Shown here: piece by piece, positions 48,943 through 58,852 of the stretch
Layout of the letters: the number at the start of each line of letters is the position of its first letter
Numbering within the stretch: position 1 is the stretch's first letter
From: Ferroacidibacillus organovorans
GTDB lineage: Bacteria > Bacillota > Bacilli > Alicyclobacillales > SLC66
Length of the DNA stretch: 64,000 nucleotides
Assembly: GCF_001642725.1 (NCBI RefSeq)
Contig: NZ_LSUQ01000001.1
Location: 62,001 to 126,000, forward strand
Direction of reading: 5' to 3'
Position numbers and translations under genes: made by a program
Notes under the pieces: model-generated
The model's database searches: none
What the model was told of the DNA's origin: nothing
What the model saw: only the letters and a program-made list of their open reading frames with translations

Positions 48943-49878
48943 TCACTGCGCGTGTTGTTGTGACGCCCAGTGCAAGAGACCTTTTGCGTTTAGCTCAAGA
49001 TCGATACCAATTTTTTCAATGTCAAGCGATGTGTGACCCTCCCCGCTCAGCATGCCAGCGTACAAACCTGTAAGCGCAAGCATATACTCCTCCCAGGATA
49101 CGCCCTCGTAGTAGAGTGCTCTTGCCATATGCGCTAAGCGTTCCACGCCACGCTCTGTTCCTGAGAATGCTTCCTCCGCGGGGGACGGACCAAAATGAGT
49201 GTGAAAAACCGTTTTTGGGTGCAATGCACGGAGCTTGTGAACGGTCTTTTCAACGGCGTTTGGGTCGAAGTCTGACGGACTTGTCGATGGCATGACAAAT
49301 TCGAAGTCGTATCCTGTAAAGGCGGGTACATAGCGAATTCCCAGTGCATCTCCTGAGAAAATGGCTTTCCTACGTTCATCGTGAATGCTAAAGTGATGTT
49401 TGGCATGTCCAGGCGTGTCATAAAATGTCCAGACGCGATCACCAAGGTCAATTTGGTCACCTTCGCCTTGAATCAACAATTGCTCGGGAGGAATGGCGAC
49501 CATCTCTCCGAACAGTTCATCAAGCGCATCTCCATAAACGGCTTTCGCGCCAGCCATAAGGCGTGTTGGATCCATCAGGTGACGCTCTGCGCGCGGGTGC
49601 GCAACCACGCTCGCGTGAGGGGCGAGGCGGGCAAGGTGCCCGGCGCCACCAGCGTGGTCGAGGTGGATATGTGTGACGATAATATAATCGAGCTCATTCG
49701 GGGAGATGTCAGCCTCGCGCAACGCGTCGAGGATCGTTTGATGTGACAGCGATGAGCCCGTTTCGATCAAAGCTTTCTTTTGACCGAGATAGAGATAGGC
49801 GCTCGATCGACCGGGTTGATGTTGTTCCATTAAATCAAAAAGATACAATTGATCACCGAGTGAAGTGAGTTTTTGCAT
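48943..49878 (-). CDS. MBL-fold metallo-hydrolase
   Basis: THIHLDHAGG, TPGHAKHH, GD, THFG. Confidence 0.9.
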   Translation of the reverse strand: MQKLTSLGDQLYLFDLMEQHQPGRSSAYLYLGQKKALIETGSSLSHQTILDALREADISPNELDYIIVTHIHLDHAGGAGHLARLAPHASVVAHPRAERHLMDPTRLMAGAKAVYGDALDELFGEMVAIPPEQLLIQGEGDQIDLGDRVWTFYDTPGHAKHHFSIHDERRKAIFSGDALGIRYVPAFTGYDFEFVMPSTSPSDFDPNAVEKTVHKLRALHPKTVFHTHFGPSPAEEAFSGTERGVERLAHMARALYYEGVSWEEYMLALTGLYAGMLSGEGHTSLDIEKIGIDLELNAKGLLHWASQQHAQ

Positions 49879-49898
49879 GTGACACCTCGTTTAAAAGA

Positions 49899-51119
49899 TT
49901 AGGATCGTTTTGCGCTCTGCTGATTATTCTGCCTGCGCGCACGCATGCGTTTTTGTTTCATCTTCATAGACTCAAAATCAATGGGTGACGCCTCGCGTTC
50001 GACGCCGTGGAGTGATAAGGGTCTTGTGTAGCGAGAGAGTGAGAGCAGTATGCCGACAGACCACAATTTTACGATCAACGCAGTTCCGCCATAGCTGATA
50101 AAGGGGAGAGGAATGCCTGTCACGGGAAGAAGTCCCGATACGGCTCCAACGTTAATAATAACCCCCCATGTGATCATGCTTACGATTCCGATGGCGAGAA
50201 GAGAAGAGAAGCGGTCTTCAAGTGATGTTGCAATTTTCATCCCGCGCCAAATAAAGAAGCTGAATGCGAGAAGGACGGCGAATGCCCCGACGAGACCGAG
50301 TTCTTCGACGATCACGGCGAAAATGAAATCGGCGTGAGGAACAGGTAGGTAGCCAAAGGGTTGGATCCCGCGTCCCAGTCCTTTGCCAAACCATCCTCCG
50401 TGATAGATGGCAATAAAGGATTGGATAAGTTGATAGCCGCCTTGATTGGCGTATTTTGGACTGAAGGGATGTAAAAATACGAGCAGCCTCTGTGCTCGAT
50501 AACGCTGCATGTAGATAAACAAAAACAACACAGGGACGAGGAATGCCGCCAAAACAGCCATGTGGCGAAAGCGAATTCCTGCCGCAAACATGACGGCTAG
50601 CCCTGAGAGCAAGAGCAGCATGGACGTCCCCATATCCGGTTCTTTTAGGATGAGAAACGTTTGCAAGCCAATCATCAAAAAGGGAGGTATCACGCCTTTT
50701 TTGAAGGAGTGAATCTGATCGCGCCGTTTTGCGAAGATGTACGAAGCGTAAATGAGAATCGTCAAAAGTGAAAACTCGCTCGGTTGAAACAAGAGCGAAG
50801 GAGGCCCCAACCAACGCCTGACATTTTGACTTTGGTGACCGACATGTGGAATCAAAACAAGGATCAGGCAGAGCAAAATCACGAGTGTAATTTTGCGTGC
50901 GTGTTTATTGAAGAAGGCGGGAGGTACATTCATTAAAATGAACATTCCCGTCAGACCGATCCCCGCACTTAAAAGTTGATGTCGAAAAAAATAGGAAGAC
51001 GAACTTCCGACGACTTGCAATGCATAAACCATGCTTGAACTGTAAACCATAACAAGTCCGAAGGCGACGAGGCAGAGCGTAATAAAAAAGAGTTGAAAAT
51101 CCGGCTTGTGTTTTACGAT
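49899..51119 (-). CDS. ftsW: SEDS peptidoglycan polymerase FtsW/SpoVE; probable ATC start
   Basis: PDF...FGLVMVYSSS, RRWL, QPSE, EPDMGT, DFIF....EELG, P.TGIPLPFISYGG. Confidence 0.88.
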   Translation of the reverse strand: MVKHKPDFQLFFITLCLVAFGLVMVYSSSMVYALQVVGSSSSYFFRHQLLSAGIGLTGMFILMNVPPAFFNKHARKITLVILLCLILVLIPHVGHQSQNVRRWLGPPSLLFQPSEFSLLTILIYASYIFAKRRDQIHSFKKGVIPPFLMIGLQTFLILKEPDMGTSMLLLLSGLAVMFAAGIRFRHMAVLAAFLVPVLFLFIYMQRYRAQRLLVFLHPFSPKYANQGGYQLIQSFIAIYHGGWFGKGLGRGIQPFGYLPVPHADFIFAVIVEELGLVGAFAVLLAFSFFIWRGMKIATSLEDRFSSLLAIGIVSMITWGVIINVGAVSGLLPVTGIPLPFISYGGTALIVKLWSVGILLSLSRYTRPLSLHGVEREASPIDFESMKMKQKRMRARRQNNQQSAKRS

Positions 51120-51290
51120 GATCCCTACCTCCAGATGCGCTTAAAGGTAATAGTTCGCTGTAGGAAAGGAATCCTCCTGCCTAAAATCATATGGAATCGC
51201 ATACTTTTATCGAAGACAAAAAGACCAAGCCGCGTCTGCTTAGCTTGGTCGAAACATTGCTTCAAGAATGGATGTTCAATGTGCGGTTTT

Positions 51291-51599
51291 TTACCAGGCG
51301 CCCATGGCTCCAAGCCCTAGCGCTGTGACACCGGCGATTGCAAAGAGTGGAACAGCGAGTGCCGCTCCTGGGAAATAGACATGTGTCGGTGTCTCTTTCT
51401 CGTGCTTTGTAATTGTGGGATCTGTCAAAATTGAAACGTTTGGTGACTCTGATGCGTCATAACTTGCAAGGCGATGGCCATGCATGAGCAAATGGGTTGC
51501 AGTGACACCCTGCACGTGTCCGTGAAAGGAACCGTGAAGATGCGTATGCACGATCACATGACGTCCTACGAAACGATGCAAGTGTGAGTGGGGAACCAT
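51291..51599 (-). CDS. His-rich small hypothetical protein with hydrophobic C-terminus
   Basis: Strong SD GGAGGTGA before ATG 51599; 12 His in the first 42 residues. Confidence 0.7.
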   Translation of the reverse strand: MVPHSHLHRFVGRHVIVHTHLHGSFHGHVQGVTATHLLMHGHRLASYDASESPNVSILTDPTITKHEKETPTHVYFPGAALAVPLFAIAGVTALGLGAMGAW

Positions 51600-51701
51600 A
51601 TGGAATTCACCTCCATGTAAAAACGTATGCTTGATGGCGATTGTCCTGTAGGGGGCTTTCGCGGAGCAGCGCGTGTGGAGATGTGACGTGAGGAGACAGC
51701 T

Positions 51702-52289
51702 ATGGGCATCGGCGACGTGATTCAGCACTACGGACTGATTGGCATCGTGATTCTGCTGGCGCTCGGCATTGTTGGTCTTCCGCTTCCAGATGAGACCATC
51801 TTGACCGCCGTTGGCTACATGGTCTATCGCCGAGAGCTACCCTATCTGCCGTCTGTTCTCGCGGGGATGGTCGGTGCGATCCTAGGGATTACGCTCAGCT
51901 ATGCAGCAGGTGCTTGGCTTGGCAAGCCACTGTTGCAGCGCGTTATGCATATCGTACACAAGAGTGAGCGCAGCATCTCGCGCACATCTGACCAGATGGA
52001 GAGGTATGGTTCTTATCTCTTGTTTTTTGGTTACTTTATTCCAGGCGTCCGCCATGTCACCGCCATACTTGCGGGAATGACACGCATGTCTTTCGGGCGG
52101 TTTGCACTGTTTGCGTACACTGGCGCGTGCGTATGGGTCATTTGTTTTATAACGCTTGGTCATCTCGCGGGACCGCGCATTGAACAACTTCGCACACATC
52201 TTTCGTCCCCACTTCTTTACACGCTCACAGCGTGCGTTGCGCTGGCGTTTGTCACTGGCGCGTTGTATCGACGCGCGCGCGCAAAATAA
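51702..52289 (+). CDS. DedA family membrane protein
   Basis: GLPLPDE, G...SY..G, FIPGVRH, AG...M. Confidence 0.9.
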   Translation: MGIGDVIQHYGLIGIVILLALGIVGLPLPDETILTAVGYMVYRRELPYLPSVLAGMVGAILGITLSYAAGAWLGKPLLQRVMHIVHKSERSISRTSDQMERYGSYLLFFGYFIPGVRHVTAILAGMTRMSFGRFALFAYTGACVWVICFITLGHLAGPRIEQLRTHLSSPLLYTLTACVALAFVTGALYRRARAK

Positions 52290-52444
52290 TTTGATAGGTC
52301 AAAAAAACGTCATTATTTTCTACGCGGGCGGGTGTAGATCTTTCATTGCGCGAAGCGGTCAATCCATGAGAAAATAGGTCGGACGTGCATAGCTGTCGCT
52401 CGCCTGTGGGAGCGAAGTTGTCGCCAATAGGAGGAACTATTTCA

Positions 52445-53635
52445 TTGGAATCTATCGTAAAACGAAACATTCGCGACCTAGACTACGTGCTTATCGCAGT
52501 GATGATCTTGATCTCGGTGATTAGTTGCATCGCCGTCTACACATCGACGCTTGGCAAGGCGAATCCGAATACGGGGAGCGCCTCTCTCGGTATTCCCGCC
52601 CATATCCTGTACAGGCAAATTGCTTTTGAAGTTCTCAGCTACATCGTGATGTTTGTGGTCATGCTCTTTGACTATCGCAATCTCGCAAAGCTTCGCTGGT
52701 ATTTTTATGGTGGAACACTGCTGTTGCTCGTTGCGGTTTTTGGGTTTCATCGCGTGAACGGGGCGCACAGTTGGATTCCATTTCCGTTGCTGTCGTTCCA
52801 ACCGTCGGAGCTTGCCAAACTCGTCTCGATCATCTGGGTTGCCGACTATATGTCGCGCATGAATGAGAGGGAAGTCCCAGATTATAGTTTCCGCGGACTT
52901 TTACCTATCTTTCTCGCGTTTATCGTGCCATTTGTCTTGATTCTGAAGGAACCTGCACTCGGTCAGGCGCTCGTGCTGTTGGCGATTATGTATTCGATGC
53001 TCCTCGTTTATGTAAAGAAAAAACAAATGCGCTGGATGCTCGCCGCGAGCGCCATTTTCATCTCACTCATTGTCGTCGCAGTCGCCGTGGTGCCAAATCA
53101 GACCGTGAATTTCCTCGACCATCAACACATCTTGAAACCGTACCAAACCGGGCGGCTCATCTCTTTCATTGAGCCGGGCTATGATCCGGCGTCAAGCGGA
53201 TGGCAGGTCCATCAGGCGGAGATCGCAGTAGGCGCGGGAGGGGTGTTCGGTCAGGGGATCGGAAAAGGATCTCAAACAAACGGGAGTTGGGTCCCTTTTC
53301 AATGGACAGATTTTATCTTCTCGGCGATTGCGGAACAGCTCGGATTTGTCGGTTCAAGCGTGCTGATCATGTTATTTTTAATCATGCTGTATCGGCTGAT
53401 TCGCGTCGCAACAACTGCGCTTGATGATTTTGCCTCCTATGTGATCGCGGGTATTGTCGGCATGTTTGCATTTCAGGTATTCGAAAATATCGGTATGAAT
53501 CTCGTCGTCACGCCTGCGACTGGAATCACCCTGCCTTTCGTCAGCTACGGCGGCTCATCGCTTGTTGTCAACTTTATTAGCATAGGAATTGCGTTGAGTG
53601 TATCGGTGCGGAGAAGAACGCTTCGGTTTGATTGA
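52445..53635 (+). CDS. rodA: SEDS peptidoglycan polymerase RodA
   Basis: GAHSWI, QPSELAK, YQ..R, GW.V.QA..AVG.GG, TDFIFS, TGITLPFVSYGGSS. Confidence 0.85.
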   Translation: MESIVKRNIRDLDYVLIAVMILISVISCIAVYTSTLGKANPNTGSASLGIPAHILYRQIAFEVLSYIVMFVVMLFDYRNLAKLRWYFYGGTLLLLVAVFGFHRVNGAHSWIPFPLLSFQPSELAKLVSIIWVADYMSRMNEREVPDYSFRGLLPIFLAFIVPFVLILKEPALGQALVLLAIMYSMLLVYVKKKQMRWMLAASAIFISLIVVAVAVVPNQTVNFLDHQHILKPYQTGRLISFIEPGYDPASSGWQVHQAEIAVGAGGVFGQGIGKGSQTNGSWVPFQWTDFIFSAIAEQLGFVGSSVLIMLFLIMLYRLIRVATTALDDFASYVIAGIVGMFAFQVFENIGMNLVVTPATGITLPFVSYGGSSLVVNFISIGIALSVSVRRRTLRFD

Positions 53636-53640
53636 ATCAA

Positions 53641-53693
53641 CGTGAATTAAGCTGACATAAAGGTTGACGAATTTCTTTTTTATCGCATATACT
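53641..53693 (+). promoter_or_regulatory. GlnR/TnrA-like box plus SigA promoter of glnA
   Basis: cGTGA-N7-TGACA (53641-53657; consensus TGTNA-N7-TNACA), then TTGACG-N18-TATACT. Confidence 0.6.
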
Positions 53694-53733
53694 CATCTCA
53701 TAACCTAACAACAAGGTCATAGGAGATGGAGTC

Positions 53734-55158
53734 ATGACAGCAGAAGACATTCTTAACCTTATCAAAGAAAAACAAATTCTCATGGTGGACTTTCGTTTAG
53801 TCGATATGCCTGGACGTCAGCATCACGTCACCATTCCAGCGGTGGAAGTTGACGAAGATATGCTCACGCGCGGTGTCGCGTTTGACGGATCTAGCATTCA
53901 GGGATTTCGCGGGATCGAAGAGTCTGACATGGTGATGCGTCCTGATCTTGACTCTGCCTACGTGGATGCGTTTACTGCCGTTCCGACGCTTGATCTCGTG
54001 TGTGACATTTATGAGCCTTCGGGCGTTCGCTACAATCGCGACCCGCGTTTTATCGCGCAAAAAGCGGAAACGCTGCTCAAACGCTCCGGAATTGCGACAG
54101 ACGCGTATTTTGGTCCTGAACTCGAGTTTTTTCTGTTTGATGATGTGAAATTCAATTCGGATCCGTCCGGCTCATTCTATAGTATCGATTCAAGTGAAGC
54201 GCACTGGAACACAGGCTCTTCTGATGGACCTAATCTTGCTTATAAAATCAAGAACAAGGGTGGATATTTCCCTGTTCAGCCGACGGATAGCCAACATGAC
54301 ATTCGCACAGAAATGGTTTTGGAATTAATGAATGCGGGCATTCGCGTTGAGCGTCACCATCACGAGGTGGCGTCTGCGGGACAGGCGGAGATCAACTTCC
54401 GTTTTGATACATTGACAAAGGTTGCCGACACGGTCATGCTTTACAAATACATCGTGCGCAACGTTGCTCGAAAAGACGGGAAAGTTGCGACGTTTATGCC
54501 AAAACCACTGTTTGGAGACAACGGTTCTGGCATGCACGTTCACCAAAGCCTCTTTAAAGACGGTGTTCCCCTCTTTTTTGAAGAAGGCGCGTACGGCAAC
54601 ATGAGCGAAATGGCGATGCACTACATCGGCGGAATTCTCTATCACGCACCGGCGCTGCTCGCCTTCTCAACACCGAGTACCAACTCTTTCAAACGTCTTG
54701 TTCCGGGCTTTGAAGCGCCTGTAAACCTTGTCTTTTCAAAAGGTAATCGCAGTGCTGCGGTGCGCGTTCCCGTTGCCGCCGTTACCCCGAAAACTGCGAG
54801 AATTGAGTTTCGGACGCCAGACTGTACGGCAAACCCATACCTTGCGTTTGCGGCGATGTTGCTCGCAGGTCTCGATGGAATTAAAAAAGGGATCGATCCT
54901 GGTAAGCTAGGATACGGACCATTTGACAAAAACATTTACGAGTTGAGCGCAGAAGAAAAAGCGCAAATCCGCAGTGTTCCAGGTTCTCTGGAAGAGGTAT
55001 TGAGCGCCCTTGAGGATGATCATGAATTCCTTTTAGAAGGCGGCGTCTTTGACAGAGATTTCATTCAAACGTGGATTGAGTTGAAGCGTACGACGGAGAT
55101 TCAACCCCTCTCTATGCGCCCACATCCGCATGAGTTTCAAATGTATCTGGATCTCTAA
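53734..55158 (+). CDS. glnA: Glutamine synthetase type I (GSI-beta-like)
   Basis: FDGSSI.GF, HHEVA, TFMPKP..GDNGSGMH.H, RIEFR.PD, NPYLAF. Confidence 0.97.
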   Translation: MTAEDILNLIKEKQILMVDFRLVDMPGRQHHVTIPAVEVDEDMLTRGVAFDGSSIQGFRGIEESDMVMRPDLDSAYVDAFTAVPTLDLVCDIYEPSGVRYNRDPRFIAQKAETLLKRSGIATDAYFGPELEFFLFDDVKFNSDPSGSFYSIDSSEAHWNTGSSDGPNLAYKIKNKGGYFPVQPTDSQHDIRTEMVLELMNAGIRVERHHHEVASAGQAEINFRFDTLTKVADTVMLYKYIVRNVARKDGKVATFMPKPLFGDNGSGMHVHQSLFKDGVPLFFEEGAYGNMSEMAMHYIGGILYHAPALLAFSTPSTNSFKRLVPGFEAPVNLVFSKGNRSAAVRVPVAAVTPKTARIEFRTPDCTANPYLAFAAMLLAGLDGIKKGIDPGKLGYGPFDKNIYELSAEEKAQIRSVPGSLEEVLSALEDDHEFLLEGGVFDRDFIQTWIELKRTTEIQPLSMRPHPHEFQMYLDL

Positions 55159-55348
55159 GTGGCTCGTACATTCAAAAAAGATGAGAAGTAGGATGCTTCC
55201 CCTTTTTTGTACCTGCATTTGATGATTTGACGGTGCAACGCACCGATGTTGGAGCAATTGCATCCCCATGATACACTGTGCGTGTTCGCGACAACGTTGC
55301 GAGCACGCTCTTTTGTGATCAAACCTTTCAAGATCGGTGGTGGAGAAA

Positions 55349-56212
55349 ATGCGTTTAGGTGCCAATGTATCAATTGCCAAAACAGGGCTGCTGCGCGCGG
55401 TTGAAGAATCGATCTCCTATGAAGCGGACACGTATATGATTTACACGAGGAGCAATCGCGGGGGACCAGCGCGCGACATCGAAACATTCCATCGAGATCA
55501 GGCGTATGAAATGATGGCGACACATCACCTCGCCGACCCTGTTGTCCATCTCTCGTATCTCGTCAATCTTGCGAGCGTCAAGCCTGAAACCTACGCGTAT
55601 GGTGTCGAGGTTTTGCGTGAAGAGATCAAGCGTGTGTCCTATCTCGGCTTTCGCTACATCGTGATGCACCCGGGCAGTCATGTGGGCATTGGCGCAGAGA
55701 GTGGCATCAAGCGCATTGCAGAAGGACTGAATGAAATTCTTGATGGTACGGAAGACGTGTTTCTGTGTCTTGAGACAATGGCAGGCGATGGATCCAAGGT
55801 TGGAAATTCACTTGAAGAAATTGCAGAGATTATCTCTCTCGTACAGCAGCGTGATAAAATGGCTGTCTGTATCGACACGTGCCACAACTATAGTTACGGT
55901 TATGATATCGTGAATGACTTCGATGGATTCCTGCAAAAGTTCGATGACCTACTCGGCCTTTCACTTTTAAAAGTGGCGCACATCAATGATTCCAAAACCC
56001 CCTTTGGCTCACACAAGGATCGGCACGCAAACATAGGTCGTGGATCGATTGGTGTGGACGCACTTCGGCGGATCGTGCGCCATCCTATTCTCGCCGAGAT
56101 CCCACTCATACTTGAAACACCAGGTGGGCACTACAAGCAGGAGATTGCTTTGTTGCGCGGACTTACCGAAGATTTACCTGAAGATGCGGATGACAAGGGA
56201 GAATCCGCGTGA
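55349..56212 (+). CDS. nfo: Endonuclease IV
   Basis: H..YL.NLAS, HPGSH, LETMAG.G, C.DTCH, H.NDSK, DRHANIG.G, ILETP. Confidence 0.93.
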   Translation: MRLGANVSIAKTGLLRAVEESISYEADTYMIYTRSNRGGPARDIETFHRDQAYEMMATHHLADPVVHLSYLVNLASVKPETYAYGVEVLREEIKRVSYLGFRYIVMHPGSHVGIGAESGIKRIAEGLNEILDGTEDVFLCLETMAGDGSKVGNSLEEIAEIISLVQQRDKMAVCIDTCHNYSYGYDIVNDFDGFLQKFDDLLGLSLLKVAHINDSKTPFGSHKDRHANIGRGSIGVDALRRIVRHPILAEIPLILETPGGHYKQEIALLRGLTEDLPEDADDKGESA

Positions 56213-57384
56213 TGACGCAGGCTGAGCGGATGAATCGACTGCCGAAGCAATTCTTTGCCACGCTGACAAGAAAAGTGGCAGAACTTCAAAAAAGCGCACC
56301 AGATTTGATCAATTTAGGGCAAGGCAATCCCGACCAACCAACCCCGCCGCACATTGTTGACGCGCTCTGTGAAGCGGCGCGCGATCCAGTGAACCATCGA
56401 TACGGATCTTTTCGCGGAGAGTCCTATTTAAGAGAAGCCATTTGCTCGTACTATGAGCGAGAATTTGGCGTTTCTCTCGATCCTGCGCGAGAAGTGGCCA
56501 TTCTGTTTGGTGGAAAGGCGGGTCTTGTCGAAGTCAGCCAATGTATTTTAAATGAAGGGGATCTCGCGCTCGTTCCTGACCCTGGGTATCCAGATTATCA
56601 ATCGGGGGTCGCACTGGCCGGCGCTCATATGGAATACATGCCGCTGTTGCGAGAGAATGATTTTTTGCCTGACTATCGGAGCATTGATGAAGAAGTGGCG
56701 CGGCGAGCGAAACTGATGTTTTTAAACTACCCGAACAATCCTACGGCAGCGGTGGCAACTCCTGACTTCTTTGAAGAGACGGTCCGTTTTGCGAAACGAA
56801 GCCACACGGTGGTGGTTCACGACTTTGCATACGGCGCGATTGGGTTCTCCGAAAAACCTGTCAGTTTTCTCGCGACAAAAGGCGCAAAGGATGTTGGGAT
56901 TGAAGTCTATACACTTTCGAAAACGTACAACATGGCCGGTTGGCGTGTGGGATTTGCCCTTGGACGAGAAGATGTGATCGAAAGCCTCAATCTGTACCAG
57001 GACCACGCGTATGTTTCGCTTTTTGGCGCGATCCAGCGGGCGGCAGCGGTAGCGCTTACCGAATCGCAAGCATCGGTGCGGGAGCTTGTTGATCTCTACC
57101 GAAAGAGACGAGACAGGTTTTTGCAAACGCTCAGCGATCAAGGGGTGCCCGTTTTGCAGTCGCAAGGATCGTTTTTTGTATGGCTCCCTGTTCCTGAAGG
57201 CGTTTCATCCGAATCGTTTACAGATCAACTCCTCTATGACGAACATGTCGCTGTGGCTGCCGGAAACGGCTTTGGCCGCTACGGAGAAGGGTATGTTCGC
57301 ATCGGTTTGTTGACGGATGAGACTCGCCTATACGCTGCGGCTCTACGAATTGCGCGCATGTACCACCGCGCGGCGAGAGGATAG
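56209..57384 (+). CDS. mtnE: Class I/II PLP aminotransferase, MtnE-like
   Basis: LP.QFFA.L, INLGQGNPDQPTP, ILFGGK.GL, NYPNNPT, HDFAY, TLSKTYNMAGWR. Confidence 0.75.
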   Translation: MMTQAERMNRLPKQFFATLTRKVAELQKSAPDLINLGQGNPDQPTPPHIVDALCEAARDPVNHRYGSFRGESYLREAICSYYEREFGVSLDPAREVAILFGGKAGLVEVSQCILNEGDLALVPDPGYPDYQSGVALAGAHMEYMPLLRENDFLPDYRSIDEEVARRAKLMFLNYPNNPTAAVATPDFFEETVRFAKRSHTVVVHDFAYGAIGFSEKPVSFLATKGAKDVGIEVYTLSKTYNMAGWRVGFALGREDVIESLNLYQDHAYVSLFGAIQRAAAVALTESQASVRELVDLYRKRRDRFLQTLSDQGVPVLQSQGSFFVWLPVPEGVSSESFTDQLLYDEHVAVAAGNGFGRYGEGYVRIGLLTDETRLYAAALRIARMYHRAARG

Positions 57385-57400
57385 ATCAATCCCATCGATG

Positions 57401-58039
57401 TCACGGGTGTTCGTATCCTTCCCCTAACTGTGTGGGGCGACGGAAGCGGTCTGCGAGTTGGATAAGCCATAGACGGTGGTAGGGCTCAATAAAGAGTACG
57501 GGCTCTACGCGTCGATCAAGCCCTGGTTCTATTTTATATTGCCAAATGGTTGTGCGCGTGGTTGCACCCTCGTTCATGCGCACACCCATGTGTACGGAAT
57601 CGCGATAGCCGTTTTTATAAGAAATGAGATTCAGCTGTCCGTGAAGCTCATTCACGAGAAAGCGAAAACGTGCGCTGCGCAAGACAGGCGCTTTGATCCA
57701 CGGCGTCAAGCCGTCTTTTCCAGTGCGAAATCGCTGTTCTGTTTCAAGAACGACGACTTCTGCGTCTGGGAGAGGCTTTAAGGTTCGGCCGTCGATGACT
57801 TTAACGCGAAGATCACCATATTTTTGTCCAGGAACGACAGGGTCATAACCCGATGATCCACGTGGTGGATCATGTCGCGGCGCAGGCGTTGGTTTGGGAA
57901 CGGATTGGTTTGTGTCGGGCGCGCTGTTCCCAGAAGCCGCCAATGCGCTTGATGTCGTTACAAGGGATAGCGAAAAGAGAGCAAAGGCTGTGCAGAGTGG
58001 CAATGCTAAGCGTTTACCTTGCAGGCGCACCAGTCTCAT
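57401..58039 (-). CDS. Secreted protein with carboxypeptidase-regulatory-like beta-sandwich
   Basis: Signal peptide ending ALA, Pro-rich linker, G.L.VKV.D....PL..AEV.V...T..DG.T; ATGA coupling to the upstream gene. Confidence 0.7.
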   Translation of the reverse strand: MRLVRLQGKRLALPLCTAFALFSLSLVTTSSALAASGNSAPDTNQSVPKPTPAPRHDPPRGSSGYDPVVPGQKYGDLRVKVIDGRTLKPLPDAEVVVLETEQRFRTGKDGLTPWIKAPVLRSARFRFLVNELHGQLNLISYKNGYRDSVHMGVRMNEGATTRTTIWQYKIEPGLDRRVEPVLFIEPYHRLWLIQLADRFRRPTQLGEGYEHP

Positions 58040-58701
58040 CCTTTCCCGACGCCGGGGATCTGAACGAGAGATCGTCCGACATAATAAAATTGGAGAATTT
58101 GCAAGAAGTCACGGCCTTGGGAAGCTAAAAATTGGGTCCCCCACTGTGACATTTTTTGCGAATTGCGATATTGCCAGTTGGGGCTATTTTCATAACCAGC
58201 GCGATAGTTTAATTCAAAGATTTCACCGCTTGGTTGAACAAATGCAAGGGGGCGTGTGCGATAGTACGCGCGATCGGTTGCATCCTGGTCTGAAAAAGCT
58301 TTGTAGGTTTGAAAGTTGACCGTGTTATCGACATCAAAGGTGAAACCGCCTACGGTCACGGGGTGAAGATGGTGGTACCAAGCGAACATCTTTACGGCGA
58401 TGGCTCCTGACTCAAGTGATGCGGGGTGCCAAGATGGAAACCATTCATTTGGAATGACATCGCGACAGTACTGGTCGAAGTTGACTGTGGAAACATAAAT
58501 GATGCGCCCGCGCGGATCGGGCTCACCAGACATATTGTTTTCTCGAATGGCGACGCGAATCATACTTGGAAATCCGGATTGTCCGATCAAAGAGATCTGC
58601 GCGTGAGCGATGTTGTGAGATGCGTTAAAAAGAGCCACCACAGTGCCGATCAGCGTCAATGCGCTGAGCAATCGAAGAGGAAACCACGCGCGATGCACCA
58701 A
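58036..58701 (-). CDS. Secreted compact SpoIID/LytB-family lytic transglycosylase
   Basis: Signal peptide ending AHA; Y...V.P.EW..SW...SL...A.A, FDV......Q.Y, MSQWG...LA.QG....QIL..YY. Confidence 0.8.
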   Translation of the reverse strand: MVHRAWFPLRLLSALTLIGTVVALFNASHNIAHAQISLIGQSGFPSMIRVAIRENNMSGEPDPRGRIIYVSTVNFDQYCRDVIPNEWFPSWHPASLESGAIAVKMFAWYHHLHPVTVGGFTFDVDNTVNFQTYKAFSDQDATDRAYYRTRPLAFVQPSGEIFELNYRAGYENSPNWQYRNSQKMSQWGTQFLASQGRDFLQILQFYYVGRSLVQIPGVGKG

Positions 58702-58852
58702 CAGGAACACCTCCAGCGATCAATGTGAGAAAAGATAGGTACAATGCTGTGTACTTATCCATTCCCAACTCGCAGAAGATCATGCACCCTTTGAGAAATT
58801 GCGTTGAATCGTTACAATGAGAGCAGGCAAGGATGAAGGGTGGGACAAAAAA

